A stretch of 49,273 nt of DNA, taken from assembly GCA_963664115.2 (NCBI GenBank), contig CAXWPJ010000008.1:1-49273 (forward strand), written 5' to 3'. The notes below the pieces were generated by a model, which was not told the DNA's origin, searched no databases, and saw nothing but the letters and a program-made list of their open reading frames with translations. The stretch is from Terriglobia bacterium. Its GTDB lineage: Bacteria > Acidobacteriota > Terriglobia > 20CM-2-55-15. Numbering within the stretch: position 1 is the stretch's first letter; each line of letters starts with the position of its first letter. Position numbers and translations under genes: made by a program. Positions 48,682-49,273 of the stretch are shown piece by piece.

Positions 48682-48802
48682 GGATCCATCCACGGATTTA
48701 CAAACGGAAAGAATGACGAACCGCAAAGGCGCAAAGGTTTCGAGTCAGCTTCCGAGAAAAATGTCTTTGCGTCTTTGCGGTGAAAAGAGTTTTTGCCTTT
48801 CG

Positions 48803-49273
48803 TCAGTCATCCAATTTTTCCAAGAGAGGGCGTAGAGCTTTAATGAACTTGTCGATCTGTTTCTTTCGGATGATCAGCGGCGGCAGGAGCCGGAGGACTG
48901 TTTCGTCTGTAGCGTTGGTGATGAATCCCGCATCGAGCAACTGCTTGACGAGTTCTTTAGCGGGCACTTTCAATTGAACGGCGAGCATAAGGCCTTCGCC
49001 CCGAACCTCGTCAACCACAGGCAGGTCTCTCAATGCTTCGAGTCGCTCGCGGAAATAGTCACCGACCTCGCGGACGTGCTCCAAAATGCGTTCGTCTTCG
49101 AAGACCTTGAGCATCTCCAGGCTCAACCGGCACGCCAACGGCCCGCCTCCAAACGTTGAGCCGTGGAGGCCCGGTTCGATTGCCGCCGCGATTTCTTCCT
49201 TCATTAATGTGGCACCAAGCGGGAGTCCCCCACCCAGTGGTTTGGCCAGGGACACGAGGTCGGGTAAGGCATC
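48803..49273 (-). CDS. argD: Acetylornithine aminotransferase-like class III aminotransferase, 5' part outside window
   Basis: SLAKPLGGG, HGSTFGG, VRGEGLM, LRLLPPL. Confidence 0.85.
   Translation of the reverse strand, partial: DALPDLVSLAKPLGGGLPLGATLMKEEIAAAIEPGLHGSTFGGGPLACRLSLEMLKVFEDERILEHVREVGDYFRERLEALRDLPVVDEVRGEGLMLAVQLKVPAKELVKQLLDAGFITNATDETVLRLLPPLIIRKKQIDKFIKALRPLLEKLDD

Overview
Bacterial DNA with moderately high GC; gene content and intergenic repeat types suggest Acidobacteriota (inference). The left ~19 kb is accessory: mostly secreted enzymes (four MBL-fold hydrolases, M19 dipeptidase, PQQ dehydrogenase, esterase, SMP-30 lactonase, lectin-like protein), a BNR/MoaD pair, and abutting IS630 + IS1380 elements sharing CTAG junctions. 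The right ~30 kb is housekeeping (comM, fxsA, fabH, ispH, ypdA, dapF, mtnP, thiL, lon, nrdR, aroK, aroA, carD, btuF with cobalamin riboswitch, argD). The most striking unexplained feature is a ~2 kb module at 9.9-11.85 kb. It has a SRAP gene, then an AT-rich array of seven ~31-bp boxes (GCAGT or GCTAG - 21 bp - ACTGC) spaced 84/43/83/44/83/43 bp (a ~127-bp higher-order repeat in helical phase), running into the start of an uncharacterised CGNR-like zinc-finger gene. Also found outside the ORF track: a degenerate tRNA-Gly(CCC) 3' half (att-like scar), an ECF sigma pseudogene, a 302-bp MITE with perfect 33-bp TIRs, genes bracketed by REP-like palindromes, and a candidate sRNA. All calls come from reading the sequence only; no database searches were run.
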